DNA of 64,000 bases from an uncultured delta proteobacterium (GCA_963755125.1 CAVWIP010000015.1:256001-320000), one strand, 5' to 3'. Shown: positions 29,228 through 39,795, counted from the stretch's first letter. Translations and numbers: made by a program. The notes: generated from the letters alone by a model not told the origin.

Positions 29228-30085
29228 ATGAGCCGCATTGACGCCAGCTTCGAGGTTTGCGCCTTGTTCGGGCTTCCCGCCCGCCACTCGGTGGGGCCCG
29301 CTTTGCACAACGCCGCGTTTGAAGCCCTGAACTTGCCGCTTGTGTATGTCGCGCACGAGGTCGAGTCGGCGCGGCTGGCCGAAGCCTTTGCCGGCGCTCG
29401 CTCGATGGGCTACCGCGGCCTTTCCATCACCATGCCGCACAAGGTGGCCGCTCTCGCTCTGGTCGACGACATCGACGATACGGCTGGTGCCATCGGCTGC
29501 ATCAACACCGTGGTCATGAAGGACGGTCGCTTGCGTGGCGCGAACGTCGACGGGCTGGGTGCGCTGGGCGCCCTTCGTCAAGCTGGCGCAGATCCGGCGG
29601 GCCGTCGGGTGCTCTTGCTGGGATCCGGAGGAGCGGCGCGCGCCCTGGCCATCACCATCGGGCTGCACGCCAAGCCGGCCGAATTGCTCATCCTGGGCGC
29701 CATCGAGGACGAACTGGCGCGTCTGGCGCACGACGTGGTCGAGCGCACCGGCTGTCCCGTCTCGGCCGACTTGCTGACCGACGCCAGCTTGGCCGCCGGT
29801 TTGGGCAAGGCGCAGATCCTGCTTCATTGCACGCCGGTGGGCATGAAGCCCGACAGCGAGCGCAGCCTGGTGCCGCGCGAGGGTCTGCGTTCTGACCTGG
29901 TGGTCTTCGATGCCGTGTACAACCCGCGCCGGACGTTGCTCCTTCGCCACGCCGCCGCGGCGGGGTGCCGGGTGATCGAGGGGACCGAGATGTTCCTGGG
30001 TCAGGCCGCCTTGCAGTTCGAGATGTGGACCGGCAGGCCGGCGCCCACCGACATCATGCGCCGGGTGCTGGACGCACGGCTATGA
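29228..30085 (+). CDS. aroE: shikimate dehydrogenase
   Basis: HSVGP..HN, ITMPHK, INT, NVDG, GSGGAAR, TPVGM, VYNP. Confidence 0.95.
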   Translation: MSRIDASFEVCALFGLPARHSVGPALHNAAFEALNLPLVYVAHEVESARLAEAFAGARSMGYRGLSITMPHKVAALALVDDIDDTAGAIGCINTVVMKDGRLRGANVDGLGALGALRQAGADPAGRRVLLLGSGGAARALAITIGLHAKPAELLILGAIEDELARLAHDVVERTGCPVSADLLTDASLAAGLGKAQILLHCTPVGMKPDSERSLVPREGLRSDLVVFDAVYNPRRTLLLRHAAAAGCRVIEGTEMFLGQAALQFEMWTGRPAPTDIMRRVLDARL

Positions 30086-30594
30086 ATCTGGTGCTGATCG
30101 GATACCGGGGCACCGGCAAGAGCGTGATCGCGCGCCGGCTGGCCCGCATGCTGGGCCGGCCGGTGGTGAGTCTGGACAAGGAAATCGTGCGGCTGGCGGG
30201 CAAAAGTATTCCCGATCTCGTCGCCGAGCGCGGTTGGGATCATTTTCGCGATCTGGAACAACAGATCTGTCGCCGCTGCGGCGCCCAGGATGGAGAGATC
30301 CTCGATTGTGGCGGCGGCGTGGTCGAGCGCGAAGCCAACGCCGCGGCCTTGCGCGAGCACGGGCGCGTGTTCTGGCTCAGGGCCACTCCGGCCAGCATCG
30401 TCGCGCGCATCGGCCGCGATAACAATCGCCCGTCACTGACCGGCGGAAAAAGCTTTACCCAAGAGGTGAGCGAAGTGTTGCAGCGGCGCACCCCGCTGTA
30501 TCAGGCCATGGCCCACGAGGTGATTGAGACCGATGATCGGAGAGTGGCTGACATCGCGGCTGAGATCGCGCAGCGCTGGCGCAGCGGGAGCTAG
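30082..30594 (+). CDS. aroK: shikimate kinase
   Basis: GYRGTGKS P-loop, FRDLE, CGGG, RPSL. Confidence 0.93.
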   Translation: MNLVLIGYRGTGKSVIARRLARMLGRPVVSLDKEIVRLAGKSIPDLVAERGWDHFRDLEQQICRRCGAQDGEILDCGGGVVEREANAAALREHGRVFWLRATPASIVARIGRDNNRPSLTGGKSFTQEVSEVLQRRTPLYQAMAHEVIETDDRRVADIAAEIAQRWRSGS

Positions 30595-32102
30595 TGCCGC
30601 CGGGCCACGATCTCTTCGATGCGCGTGAGCAGGTCGCCGTCGCGCAGGGTGACCGTCACGTTGGCACCCCGGTGCAGGCCGGCGCAGCTTCGCAACAACT
30701 GACCGTCAGGCCCACGGGCCAGACTGTAGCCGCGATCCAGCACCTTGAGCGGCGACAGGGCGTCGACCTTGCCGGCGAGTGCTTCCAGGGTGCGGCGTCG
30801 GTGCGCCAGCAGGGAGGTGCCCGAGGTGATCAGGCGCCGCTCGGCCGCGGCCAAGGCGGCGCGCTGATCGGCGATGCGGCGCTGGGGATGCGAACGGAAG
30901 AGGCGCGCCTCGACCGCGCGCAGGTCAGCGCGACGTCGGGCGGTGGTGGCGCGCAGGGCACGGGCCGCGCGCTCCACGAAGTCGTCGAGACCCTGGCGGC
31001 GTAGGTCGATGAGTCGGCGCGGATCGCCGAGCGCGGCTCGCGCCCGTTCCAGGCGCAAACGCAGGGCGCGCGTCTCGGCGTGCAAGGCGCGACCCATGCG
31101 CCGACCCAGAAGCTGCAACTCGGCCAGCAGGTCAGCCGCCACCGGCACGGCCAACTCGGCCGCGGCCGAGGGCGTGGGCGCGCGCAGGTCGGCCACGAAG
31201 TCGGCGATGGTGAAATCGGTCTCGTGGCCGACCGCCGAGATCACCGGGATCGGGCAGGCGGCGATGGCTCGCGCCAGGGCCTCGTCGTTGAAGGCCCACA
31301 GATCTTCCATCGAGCCGCCCCCGCGCGCCACGATGACCACGTCTACATCAGGAACCTTCACGATTTCGGCCAGGGCCGCCACGATGGCGGCGGCTGCGCC
31401 CTCGCCCTGCACCGGTGTGGGCGCCAGCAGGATGGGCACGGGGAAGCGACGGTGCGCCACGCGCACGATGTCGCGAATCACGGCACCCTGGGCCGAGGTC
31501 ACCACGCCCAGCCGGCGCGGCAGAAAGGGCAGGGGCCGCTTGCGCTCGGGATCGAACAGACCCTCGGCCGCCAAGCTCTGCTTGAGCTGCTCGAATGCCA
31601 GCGCCAGCGCGCCGGCGCCCGCCGGCTCGATTGCGTGCACCGAGAGCTGGAAGCGGCCACGTGCCTCGTAGATGGTCAGGCGGCCACGGCAGCGCACTTG
31701 CTGCCCGTCTTGCAAGCGAAAGCGCAGGCGGGCCGCCTCGCGTGCGTACATCACGCAGTCCAGTTGCGCTTCGGCGTCCTTCAGGGTGAAGTAGAGATGT
31801 CCGTTGGCCGAGCGCTTGAGGCCGGAAATTTCGCCTTCCACGCGTAGATCGGCGAAGCGGGATTCCAGCGTCAGGCGGGCCGCGCGCACCAACTCAGACA
31901 CCGCGAAGACGCGGGTTTCCTGGGGCGCAGGCGATTCTCCAGCCGGCGGGCCGTTCGCAGGCGCTTCGTGGGTCGCTGCTTGTCGGCCATCCTGGGGAGG
32001 CTGCCGTGTCAAGCGGCTGTCGAATGAAAGCTGGCCTGAGTCCTTTTCGGGCGCGGGCTTGGGGGTTGCCTCGGGAGGGACTTTGCCCCGGCGCGGGCTC
32101 AC
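30591..32102 (-). CDS. xseA: exodeoxyribonuclease VII large subunit
   Basis: GHLYFTLKD, RGGGSMEDLWAFN, SAVGHETD, APTPSAAAE, LDRGYS. Confidence 0.96.
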   Translation of the reverse strand: MSPRRGKVPPEATPKPAPEKDSGQLSFDSRLTRQPPQDGRQAATHEAPANGPPAGESPAPQETRVFAVSELVRAARLTLESRFADLRVEGEISGLKRSANGHLYFTLKDAEAQLDCVMYAREAARLRFRLQDGQQVRCRGRLTIYEARGRFQLSVHAIEPAGAGALALAFEQLKQSLAAEGLFDPERKRPLPFLPRRLGVVTSAQGAVIRDIVRVAHRRFPVPILLAPTPVQGEGAAAAIVAALAEIVKVPDVDVVIVARGGGSMEDLWAFNDEALARAIAACPIPVISAVGHETDFTIADFVADLRAPTPSAAAELAVPVAADLLAELQLLGRRMGRALHAETRALRLRLERARAALGDPRRLIDLRRQGLDDFVERAARALRATTARRRADLRAVEARLFRSHPQRRIADQRAALAAAERRLITSGTSLLAHRRRTLEALAGKVDALSPLKVLDRGYSLARGPDGQLLRSCAGLHRGANVTVTLRDGDLLTRIEEIVARRH

Positions 32103-32707
32103 CGCAGTCCCCGCGCTGCCGCCCGTTCGTAGTCCGCGGCGTTGGTTCGCAGGGCTTCCAGATCCGCGCTGGCCGTCCGCTTGAGCGCCTCCGCCTCACT
32201 GGCCAGGCCCGCGAAGCCCCAGCCGAACGCAGGCCGGGTGGTCTTGCGGAAGAGTAGACGGCCGGCAGGCCACACGATCTCAGCCTCGGTTCCCGTGGCG
32301 TTCACCACCGGCGGCCGATCGCCCGCTGCCGCAAGCTGGGCAGCCAAGTTGGACCACAGTTCAGAGGATAGCGATTTGGCGAACAGCGCGGCCGCATCTT
32401 CGCTGGTGGCCGCGGGCTGGAAGCGTCGGATCATGCGCTCGCGCTGCTGTCCCTCGGGAAGGTTGCTGAGCGTGATGTCGTACGACTCGCGCCCCGCGCG
32501 GAGAATAGTCATCCACGACCACTGTGTGTCCAGATCCAGAGCACCCCAGAGCCGGGCCGGATCGCGCATCGCCACTGCCCCTGCCAGGCGGGCCTTGGCT
32601 TCAGCCGGCGTCTTGGATCCGCGGTGCCAGCAGGCCGAACCCAGAAGCATGGGCAGCGCCAGCAGGGTCGCCGTGAGGATGATGGCAAAAGGAGATCGGG
32701 TTTTCAC
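32099..32707 (-). CDS. lipoprotein, hypothetical
   Basis: LLGSAC lipobox. Overlaps the xseA start (coupled). Confidence 0.7.
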   Translation of the reverse strand: MKTRSPFAIILTATLLALPMLLGSACWHRGSKTPAEAKARLAGAVAMRDPARLWGALDLDTQWSWMTILRAGRESYDITLSNLPEGQQRERMIRRFQPAATSEDAAALFAKSLSSELWSNLAAQLAAAGDRPPVVNATGTEAEIVWPAGRLLFRKTTRPAFGWGFAGLASEAEALKRTASADLEALRTNAADYERAAARGLR

Positions 32708-32901
32708 AGGTCGTGGCCGTCAAAGCGAAACATGCTTGCAGGCGAAGCTAATGCCCGCCGGGCCGGCGCGCAACCGTTGCTGGGGCAAATGCGACCTGCG
32801 GTCGCTCGTCGGGCGACCTGCCGGTTGGGGCGCCCCATAATCCAGGTGCGTGCGGTACGACTCCTCGAACCGATTCGTGCTAGATTTCCGCGCGCTCGAC
32901 G

Positions 32902-34044
32902 GTGACTGACGAAAGCAAAACCACCCCTCCTCCGGCCAGCGGGCCGTCGCCCGATGGGCCTGCCGCGCCCGCTGGCGAGGACGAGTTCGCCGGCATTCCG
33001 TCCTCACGCGGGCGTCATCCGGTCATCGCCGTGGGCACCGCCGCCCTGGCCTGCTTCCTGATTTTCCAGATTAGGGACGACTTGCGCTATGCCCTGTCGC
33101 CCAGCACGGCACAGGATCTGGGCGATGCGCGTGGGCTCACCACGACCAAGACCGAGGCGTTGCCCATCAACCGAACCGTGCGTTTGGCCGGCCATGCCGA
33201 TCGGGAAAGCGCGGTGGTGCTGGACACGCAGGGCTCTTGGCACTTCACGCAGTTCTTCCGCCTGCTCGGCACCAATAATCGGATCTTCGTCAGGCGGGCA
33301 TCTGACCCCTTGCCGGCCGAGTTGGCGGCGCATGACGTGTTCGTGGGCCGGCTCATGCGTTTTTCCGACCTGTCGTTTCAGGCGGCCATCCGCCGTCACT
33401 TCGCGGGTCACGTGAGCGCGACGCATTTTTTCGCGCCTGCGGACGTGCGTGCCGCGCTGGCCGGGGCATCGGGCGGCGCCTTGGCTCTCACTGACCTGCT
33501 CGGCGATCGAGTGTCCCTTGCCGCCAATGACGAGTTGGTCATCGACCTGGACCGTCCCGGCCAGATGCGGGTGGAGTTCATGCGCGATCGCTTTTCCGAT
33601 CAGGGCAAGGCCCGCGCTGCCGTCGAGCAGCGGGGAGGGCAGGTGATCGAGGCTCCCGGCGATGCCGTGGATCCCAAGCGCCTGGCCCTGATGGTGAGTT
33701 TCCCTCCCGAGCGGCGTGACCAGGCCTTGCAGGCCCTGGGTGAGATGGACCGCGACATGCACATCCAGCCTGCGCACACGACCCACAAGGCCCGCGTCGC
33801 TGACCTGGGCGCCACCGCCGAGGCAATCGTGGTCAAGACCGCGGGCGGCGAAACGCAAGCCTTCCCGCTCGCCCAGATCCAGGGCATCGGTACCCTGGCC
33901 GCAGTGCAGATCCCCGACGACGCGCTCATTCTGCTGGAAGGCGAACGGCCCGGCGAGCACCTCAAGTCTCTCGTCATCGCGGCCTTCCTGCTCGGATTCG
34001 CTGTCATCAATTTGTTGGCCCTGCGTCGGCGGGGCGATTGGTAG
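32902..34044 (+). CDS. membrane protein, hypothetical
   Basis: N- and C-terminal TM helices, high-GC3 codon pattern, directly upstream of cysS. Confidence 0.75.
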   Translation: MTDESKTTPPPASGPSPDGPAAPAGEDEFAGIPSSRGRHPVIAVGTAALACFLIFQIRDDLRYALSPSTAQDLGDARGLTTTKTEALPINRTVRLAGHADRESAVVLDTQGSWHFTQFFRLLGTNNRIFVRRASDPLPAELAAHDVFVGRLMRFSDLSFQAAIRRHFAGHVSATHFFAPADVRAALAGASGGALALTDLLGDRVSLAANDELVIDLDRPGQMRVEFMRDRFSDQGKARAAVEQRGGQVIEAPGDAVDPKRLALMVSFPPERRDQALQALGEMDRDMHIQPAHTTHKARVADLGATAEAIVVKTAGGETQAFPLAQIQGIGTLAAVQIPDDALILLEGERPGEHLKSLVIAAFLLGFAVINLLALRRRGDW

Positions 34045-34054
34045 GGTTGCCATC

Positions 34055-35518
34055 ATGATTCGGTTGCACGACACCCGGGCCAAGAAGAAAGTGGAATTTC
34101 AGCCGCGCGAACCCGGCAAGGTCTCGATCTATGTGTGCGGCGTGACAGTGTACGATCTCTGCCACGTGGGCCACGCGCGCACCGCGGTCGCCTTCGACGT
34201 GATCGTGCGCCACCTGCGCGCGCGCGGCTTCGACGTGCGCTTTGTGCGCAACATCACCGACGTCGACGACAAGATCATTCGCAAAGGCTTGTCCGAAGGG
34301 CGGCCTGCCGCCGAGATCGCGCGCTTCTATGCCGACGCCATGGCGACCGACATGGCGGGCCTGGGCGTGGCCCCGGCTGACATTGAGCCGCGCGCCACCT
34401 TGCACATTGCCGAGATGATCGACGTCATCCGCCGGCTGGAAGCACGCGGTCTGGCCTACCCCGCAGGCGGCGACGTGTACTATTCGGTGGCAGGATTTCC
34501 CAACTACGGTGGCCTGTCGGGACAAAGCCCCGAGGAACTACAGGCCGGCGCGCGCATCGAAGTGGGCGAGCACAAGAAGAGCCCACTCGATTTCGCCTTG
34601 TGGAAGGCGGCCAAGCCGGGTGAACCGTCGTGGGACAGCCCCTGGGGGCCGGGCCGTCCGGGCTGGCACATCGAGTGCTCGGCCATGTCGCACCGGTATC
34701 TGGGCGACAGCTTCGACATCCACGGCGGCGGCTCGGACTTGATCTTCCCCCACCACGAAAATGAGATTGCCCAGTCCGAGGGCGCGTTCGGTGCCTTCGC
34801 GCGCTACTGGATGCACTCGGGGATGCTCAACTTCGGCGGCGAAAAGATGTCCAAGTCGCTGGGCAACGTGGTCACCATCCGCCGTGCGGCCGAGACGCAC
34901 GATCTCGAGGCGCTGCGCCTTTTGCTCATCAGCGTGCACTATCGCAGCCCAGCCGCATTCACCGTCGCACGCGACGACGCGGGCCAGCCTCTCTACCCCG
35001 ATCTCGACGAAGCCGAAGCCCGGTTGGACTATTTCTATAGAACCCTGGAACGGCTGGACGCATTCGTCGGCACCTTGGCGAACCCGCCCACGCCGGGCCC
35101 GTCGGAACTGGCCACGCGCTTTGTCGAAGCCATGGATGACGACTTCAACACCGCGGCCGGCATAGGTCACCTCTACGATGCATTCGTGCTGGCCAACAAG
35201 CTGCTGGACGATGCCAAGGCGGCGCCCAAGGCGGAGCGACAGGTGACGCTGACCGCGCTGGCGCGCGACGCGCGCGCAGCAGGCGCGACCCTCGGGATCA
35301 TGCGGCGGCCGCCCGGCGAGTTTCTCGACAGCCGGCGTGCGCGCTTGTGCGAGCGGCGCAAGATCGATCCCATGGCCGTCGAATCCGGCATCGCCGAACG
35401 CGCCGCAGCCCGCGCGTCCAAGAACTTCCAGCGCGCCGACGAGATCCGCGCCGGGCTGAAACAGCGAGGGGTGGAATTGATGGATGGCCCCAAGGGGACC
35501 ACCTGGCGGGTGGTCTAG
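34055..35518 (+). CDS. cysS: cysteine--tRNA ligase
   Basis: CGVTVYD..HVGH, GRPGWHIECSAM, DIHGGG, KMSKS. Confidence 0.97.
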   Translation: MIRLHDTRAKKKVEFQPREPGKVSIYVCGVTVYDLCHVGHARTAVAFDVIVRHLRARGFDVRFVRNITDVDDKIIRKGLSEGRPAAEIARFYADAMATDMAGLGVAPADIEPRATLHIAEMIDVIRRLEARGLAYPAGGDVYYSVAGFPNYGGLSGQSPEELQAGARIEVGEHKKSPLDFALWKAAKPGEPSWDSPWGPGRPGWHIECSAMSHRYLGDSFDIHGGGSDLIFPHHENEIAQSEGAFGAFARYWMHSGMLNFGGEKMSKSLGNVVTIRRAAETHDLEALRLLLISVHYRSPAAFTVARDDAGQPLYPDLDEAEARLDYFYRTLERLDAFVGTLANPPTPGPSELATRFVEAMDDDFNTAAGIGHLYDAFVLANKLLDDAKAAPKAERQVTLTALARDARAAGATLGIMRRPPGEFLDSRRARLCERRKIDPMAVESGIAERAAARASKNFQRADEIRAGLKQRGVELMDGPKGTTWRVV

Positions 35519-36480
35519 CGGCGCTGATCGCCTTTGGAGAGGTACGCGAGAATCACGTCATCCAGGCTGCGCGTGCTGACCAGGCTCTCTGCGGGGGGCT
35601 CTTGCGTCGCGGGAGGAGGTGCGGCGGTGCGAGGCGCGGCGTTGGCGTCGGCGGTTTCGGTCATCGGCGTGGCTTGCGGCACGTCCTGCTCGGGCCGTCG
35701 GCTGGCCATGGGGTGGCTGCCTTCCTGGACGACATACGGAACCCCGCCGCCAGGGCGGCGCGGGCGAGGCGCCATGGGGCGAGCCGCGCCCGGGGTCTTG
35801 GCGCCTGCGCCCACGACGATCCGGCGCTGGACCACCACGGCCGAGGCAGGGGGTTGAGGCTTTATGGACCGCCGGCCGTCGCGCGGCGGTCCCGGCTCGC
35901 CGGGACCAACGGCAGCCATGTCGCGAGTGGGGCGCTTGAAGGTGTAGGTTCCGCGCCCAGGCAGGGAGGGACGGATGATGTGCAGGGGCAGAGGTTCGGG
36001 AGTCTGCATCCTGTCCGGCGGCGGGGTTGGAATGGAATCCAGATCGAGGATCTCCGGGCCTGGGCTGGGGGTTGCCTCGGGCAAAGGCGCGGGCGGCTCG
36101 GGTGCGGCCGCTCGCGGCAAGGGCGGCTCTGCCTCGGTTGCGAAGAGCGGCGCCGCATCCGCCACAGCTTTGCGAGGGGAGGTGAAAACCTCGCCCCTCG
36201 CCGCGAAAAAATCCCCCAGGCGGTCATCATACAGGCCCTGCTTTAGCTCCTTGAGTATCTCCTTGTGCTGAACCTGCATCAGCTCTCGCACGCCGTCCTC
36301 GGCGGACGCGGCGTCGTACTCGCACCGCTTGGTCGCCAGGATGCTGCCCTCGAAGAAGAGATGGGTGAAGAGGTGGGGATTGGCCGGGCCGGAATCCTCA
36401 GTCTGCACGTGGAGAATTCTCCCCCCGTAGCGCACGTTGTGGTTGTACCCGAGCAGGGGGCTTCGAATCGGCTTGCCCAT
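35515..36480 (-). CDS. conserved myxobacterial hypothetical protein
   Basis: GYNHNVRYGGRILHVQTEDSG..LMQVQHK N-terminal domain, Pro-rich linker, SLDDVILAYL tail. Confidence 0.8.
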   Translation of the reverse strand: MGKPIRSPLLGYNHNVRYGGRILHVQTEDSGPANPHLFTHLFFEGSILATKRCEYDAASAEDGVRELMQVQHKEILKELKQGLYDDRLGDFFAARGEVFTSPRKAVADAAPLFATEAEPPLPRAAAPEPPAPLPEATPSPGPEILDLDSIPTPPPDRMQTPEPLPLHIIRPSLPGRGTYTFKRPTRDMAAVGPGEPGPPRDGRRSIKPQPPASAVVVQRRIVVGAGAKTPGAARPMAPRPRRPGGGVPYVVQEGSHPMASRRPEQDVPQATPMTETADANAAPRTAAPPPATQEPPAESLVSTRSLDDVILAYLSKGDQRR

Positions 36481-36543
36481 TAAAAAGCGAAGTATAGCGC
36501 TTGCGCCGACTGTGCTAAAATTGCTTTATAGCAGGGCCTCCCG

Positions 36544-36840
36544 ATGGTGAACGTCACCGCCATCAAGATTCGCGACAATATGCAGCCCCGATCGGCCTGC
36601 GCAGGCTTGGGGCGGCCCTACAGCGGCTATCTCATCAGCTTCCCCACCGTCGGCCGGGGCATGGTCATATTTCGCGATCCCAGCGGCCATCGCATGGTGA
36701 CCACGCCGGTGCGGCGGGTGCTGAGCGAGTTCGGAGCCGCTGACGTCTACGTCGAGACCGAGAACTCGGTCTATCGTCTTCGTTTCAGTTCGGCACCTGC
36801 AGTCGAGGAGGCGGCCGGCGCCACGGTGAAATCGGGTTAG
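36544..36840 (+). CDS. hypothetical protein
   Basis: Compact ORF with YVETENSVYRL motif, divergent from the 36480 gene. Confidence 0.65.
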   Translation: MVNVTAIKIRDNMQPRSACAGLGRPYSGYLISFPTVGRGMVIFRDPSGHRMVTTPVRRVLSEFGAADVYVETENSVYRLRFSSAPAVEEAAGATVKSG

Positions 36841-37013
36841 GATCTGACGCCGCGCTGGCGGTGAAATTTTGACAGAGTGGGGCGCAGCGGGCGACTCGAC
36901 CGCCGTGGGCGCTGATTTCGCGGTCGTAGGCAGGTCGCGGTGGTCGTGGAACAGCGGTTGCAAGAGCGCCATCCATGACCAGCATCTCGTGCTACGCTGT
37001 CCGCCATACCAGC

Positions 37014-38987
37014 ATGGTTCGTCATGCCCTGATTCTTGCGGCGGGACGCGGCCGCCCGGTCGCCGACCGGGAGACGCCCAACTGCCTGTCGGCTGTGGCG
37101 GGGGTTCCTCTGATCTTGCGCACGCTGCGCGTGCTGGCTAGCGCGGGGATCCGGCGCGTGGGCATCGTGGTCGGCTGGAAAGGCGATGAGCTTCGCCGAC
37201 GTATCGAAGCCCTTTGCGCGTCGGAACATGGTCTTCCGACCGAGATCCTCTTTTTCGACAATCCCTCCTGGGAAAAGCCGAATGGGTTGTCGCTGCTGGC
37301 CGCGCGTTCGTTTGTGACCGAGCGGACCTTGCTGGTGATGGCCGATCAGATCGCGGCGCCGCACCTGGTGCGCGACATGGCGAATCTGCCTGCGGCCGGC
37401 GCGGCCACGGTGCTGGCGGTGGATCGGGATCTGTCGCGCGTGTTCGATTTCGACGATGCCACCAGGGTTCGTCTGACCGCTGCCCAGGGCAGCGAGACCT
37501 TGTGCCATGTCACGTCGATTGGCAAGGATCTGACGGTCCATGACGCCGTCAGCGCGGGTCTCTTCGTCATGTCGCCCTCGCTCATCGCCTGCCTCGATAC
37601 CCTGGCCGCTGCCGGCGCCCCATCGCTGACCGAGGGCGTGGCCGAGGCTGCGCGGCGCGGGCTGGTCGAGGCGTACGACGTGGCCGGGGCGGTGTGGCAG
37701 GACGTGGATTCGGCAGACATGCGCCAGCACGCCGAATGGCTGCTGCGGGTCTACGGCGATGACTTGCGCCACCCCGACGTGCGCGGTACCGCGCGATCCA
37801 CCGGCACCGACACGCTGGCCCTGATTGAACGCCTGCTGGCCGAGAAGGATGCTCCCCGCTACACGCTCTTCAATCCCGGGCCGGTGATGACCTCCGCTCG
37901 GGTCAAGGCGGCCCTGGTCCACCACGACATCTGCCACCGTGACGAGGACTACTCGGGCGTGGTGCGCCGGCTGCAGCAGAAGCTGCGGCCCGTGTTCGGC
38001 GCTTCGCCTGAACATGAAATGTTGCTGGTGACTGGCTCGGGCACGGCAGCCATGGAAATGGCGATCTCGTCGGTAGTGCCGCCCGGCAAGAAGATCCTGA
38101 TCATCGAGAACGGCGCCTTCGGCGAGCGCCTGGCCGAGATCGCGCAGCTTCACCACCTGGAGCATGTCCGACTCGCATCTCCCTGGGGCAGCCTGCCCGA
38201 GCTCGCGGCGGTCGAGGCGGCGCTGGCGGCTGACCCCACCATCGTGGCGGTGGCCATGATCCATCACGAAACCTCGGTAGGCGTGGTGAACCCGGTGGGC
38301 GCCATCGGGCGGGTGTGCCGGCTGCGCGGCGCGATCCTGGTGGTCGACGCCGTGTCTTCACTGGGAGTCGAGGATCTGGACGTGGTCCGTGACAGCGTGG
38401 ACATCTGTTATTCCTCGGCCAACAAGTGCCTGCACTCCTGCTCGGGCGTGTCGTTCCTGTGCGTGGCGCCCACGGTTTGGCCGCGCATTGAAGACATCCC
38501 ACCGCGCGTGTACTACCTGGATCTGCGGCGCTATCGCCGCTATCTGACCGAGCTGGCGCAGACGCCGTTCACCCCGGCGGTGTCATCGTTCTTCGCGCTG
38601 GAAACCGCGCTCGACGAGTTGTTCGAGCAAGGTGGGGTGGCATCCCGACGCGAGACCTACCGCCGGCGCAACCTGCTCATCAGGCGCGTGCTGACCGACC
38701 TGGGGTTCCAGTCGCTGACCAACACCGGCCGCGAGTCGCACACCATCTCGACCATGCGCGTGCCTGCGGTGATTGCCGTCGACGAACTGTATGCCCGCCT
38801 GAAGGAACGCGGATTCATCATCTACCGCTGCAAGGGCGCGCTGGGCGCGCACTACATCCAGATTTCGAACATGGGCGAACTGCCCGATGCCACCATCGAC
38901 GCCTTCCTGGGCGCGGTGGCCGACGTGGTGGGCGCGGCCCGCGAGGCCGCGCGCGCCAAAGATCGCGGGTGCCTGCGCTCGGTGTAG
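37014..38987 (+). CDS. fusion of NTP-transferase-like domain and 2-aminoethylphosphonate aminotransferase (PhnW-like) domain
   Basis: ALILAAGRG, NGLSL, MAD, WQDVD, then LFNPGPV, GSGTAAME, NGAFGER, HHETS, DAVSS, SSANKC (PLP Lys). Confidence 0.88.
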   Translation: MVRHALILAAGRGRPVADRETPNCLSAVAGVPLILRTLRVLASAGIRRVGIVVGWKGDELRRRIEALCASEHGLPTEILFFDNPSWEKPNGLSLLAARSFVTERTLLVMADQIAAPHLVRDMANLPAAGAATVLAVDRDLSRVFDFDDATRVRLTAAQGSETLCHVTSIGKDLTVHDAVSAGLFVMSPSLIACLDTLAAAGAPSLTEGVAEAARRGLVEAYDVAGAVWQDVDSADMRQHAEWLLRVYGDDLRHPDVRGTARSTGTDTLALIERLLAEKDAPRYTLFNPGPVMTSARVKAALVHHDICHRDEDYSGVVRRLQQKLRPVFGASPEHEMLLVTGSGTAAMEMAISSVVPPGKKILIIENGAFGERLAEIAQLHHLEHVRLASPWGSLPELAAVEAALAADPTIVAVAMIHHETSVGVVNPVGAIGRVCRLRGAILVVDAVSSLGVEDLDVVRDSVDICYSSANKCLHSCSGVSFLCVAPTVWPRIEDIPPRVYYLDLRRYRRYLTELAQTPFTPAVSSFFALETALDELFEQGGVASRRETYRRRNLLIRRVLTDLGFQSLTNTGRESHTISTMRVPAVIAVDELYARLKERGFIIYRCKGALGAHYIQISNMGELPDATIDAFLGAVADVVGAAREAARAKDRGCLRSV

Positions 38988-39016
38988 GCTTTCAGCGAGA
39001 CGAGCGGCCGCGGTGG

Positions 39017-39634
39017 TCAGGGGGCGAGAATGCCCGGTGGGACGTTGGGCGGCGGGGCGCCAGCGTCCAGAGCCGGCTCCGCTGCCAGCAACTCGAGATC
39101 GAAAACCAGGGTCGCGTGGCCCGGCAAGGTGGGCGGACGGCCCTGGTCGCCGTAGGCCAGCGACGGCGGGCACACCAGCTTGGCGGTCTCGCCGATCTTC
39201 ATTTTTTGTAGCGCCTCGATCCAGCAGGGGATGGTCCCGGCCAGCACCAGTTCAACCGGCGCGCCCTCGATCTCGCTGTCGAACACGGCGCCGTTGGTGA
39301 ACGCGGCCCGGTAGTGGACCTTGACCCGGTCGGTGTAGCTGGGGCTGCGGCCGCTGCCGGGTTTCAGCGTCCTGAGCACCAGACCGCTCTCGGTCTTGAC
39401 TGCGCCCGGCTCTTGAGCCGCAGCCTCGATGAACGCCTTGCCAGCCGCCTCGGTCTTTTCCACGCCCTCGGCCACCCGGCGTCGCGCGATCTCCTCCACC
39501 TTGGGGGCGTAGGTTTCGACCGACACCTGCGGGGGACGGCCCGCGACCTGATCGGACATGCCGGCCTTGACGAATTCCAGCTCCGCCGCCGTCAGGTTCA
39601 GCGTGGTGGTGCTGCGGCCCAGCGCGATGCCCAC
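39017..39634 (-). CDS. FKBP-type peptidyl-prolyl isomerase (N-terminus uncertain)
   Basis: TESGL, VKVHY, VFDS, IPCWIEALQKM, LAYG, TLVFDLELL. Confidence 0.85.
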   Translation of the reverse strand: MGIALGRSTTTLNLTAAELEFVKAGMSDQVAGRPPQVSVETYAPKVEEIARRRVAEGVEKTEAAGKAFIEAAAQEPGAVKTESGLVLRTLKPGSGRSPSYTDRVKVHYRAAFTNGAVFDSEIEGAPVELVLAGTIPCWIEALQKMKIGETAKLVCPPSLAYGDQGRPPTLPGHATLVFDLELLAAEPALDAGAPPPNVPPGILAP

Positions 39635-39795
39635 GATGTACAGGGTTTTCTCGTCATCGCTGGCGCGGCTAAGATCCGGCGCGCCCGGCAGGTAGCTCGG
39701 TCCATGGCCGTACTACTCGATCGCATTATTTCGGCAAGTCAGGCCGGATTTGCGTTCTGGCCACGCAACGTTGGCGCGCCAACTGTTTTCTGCGC

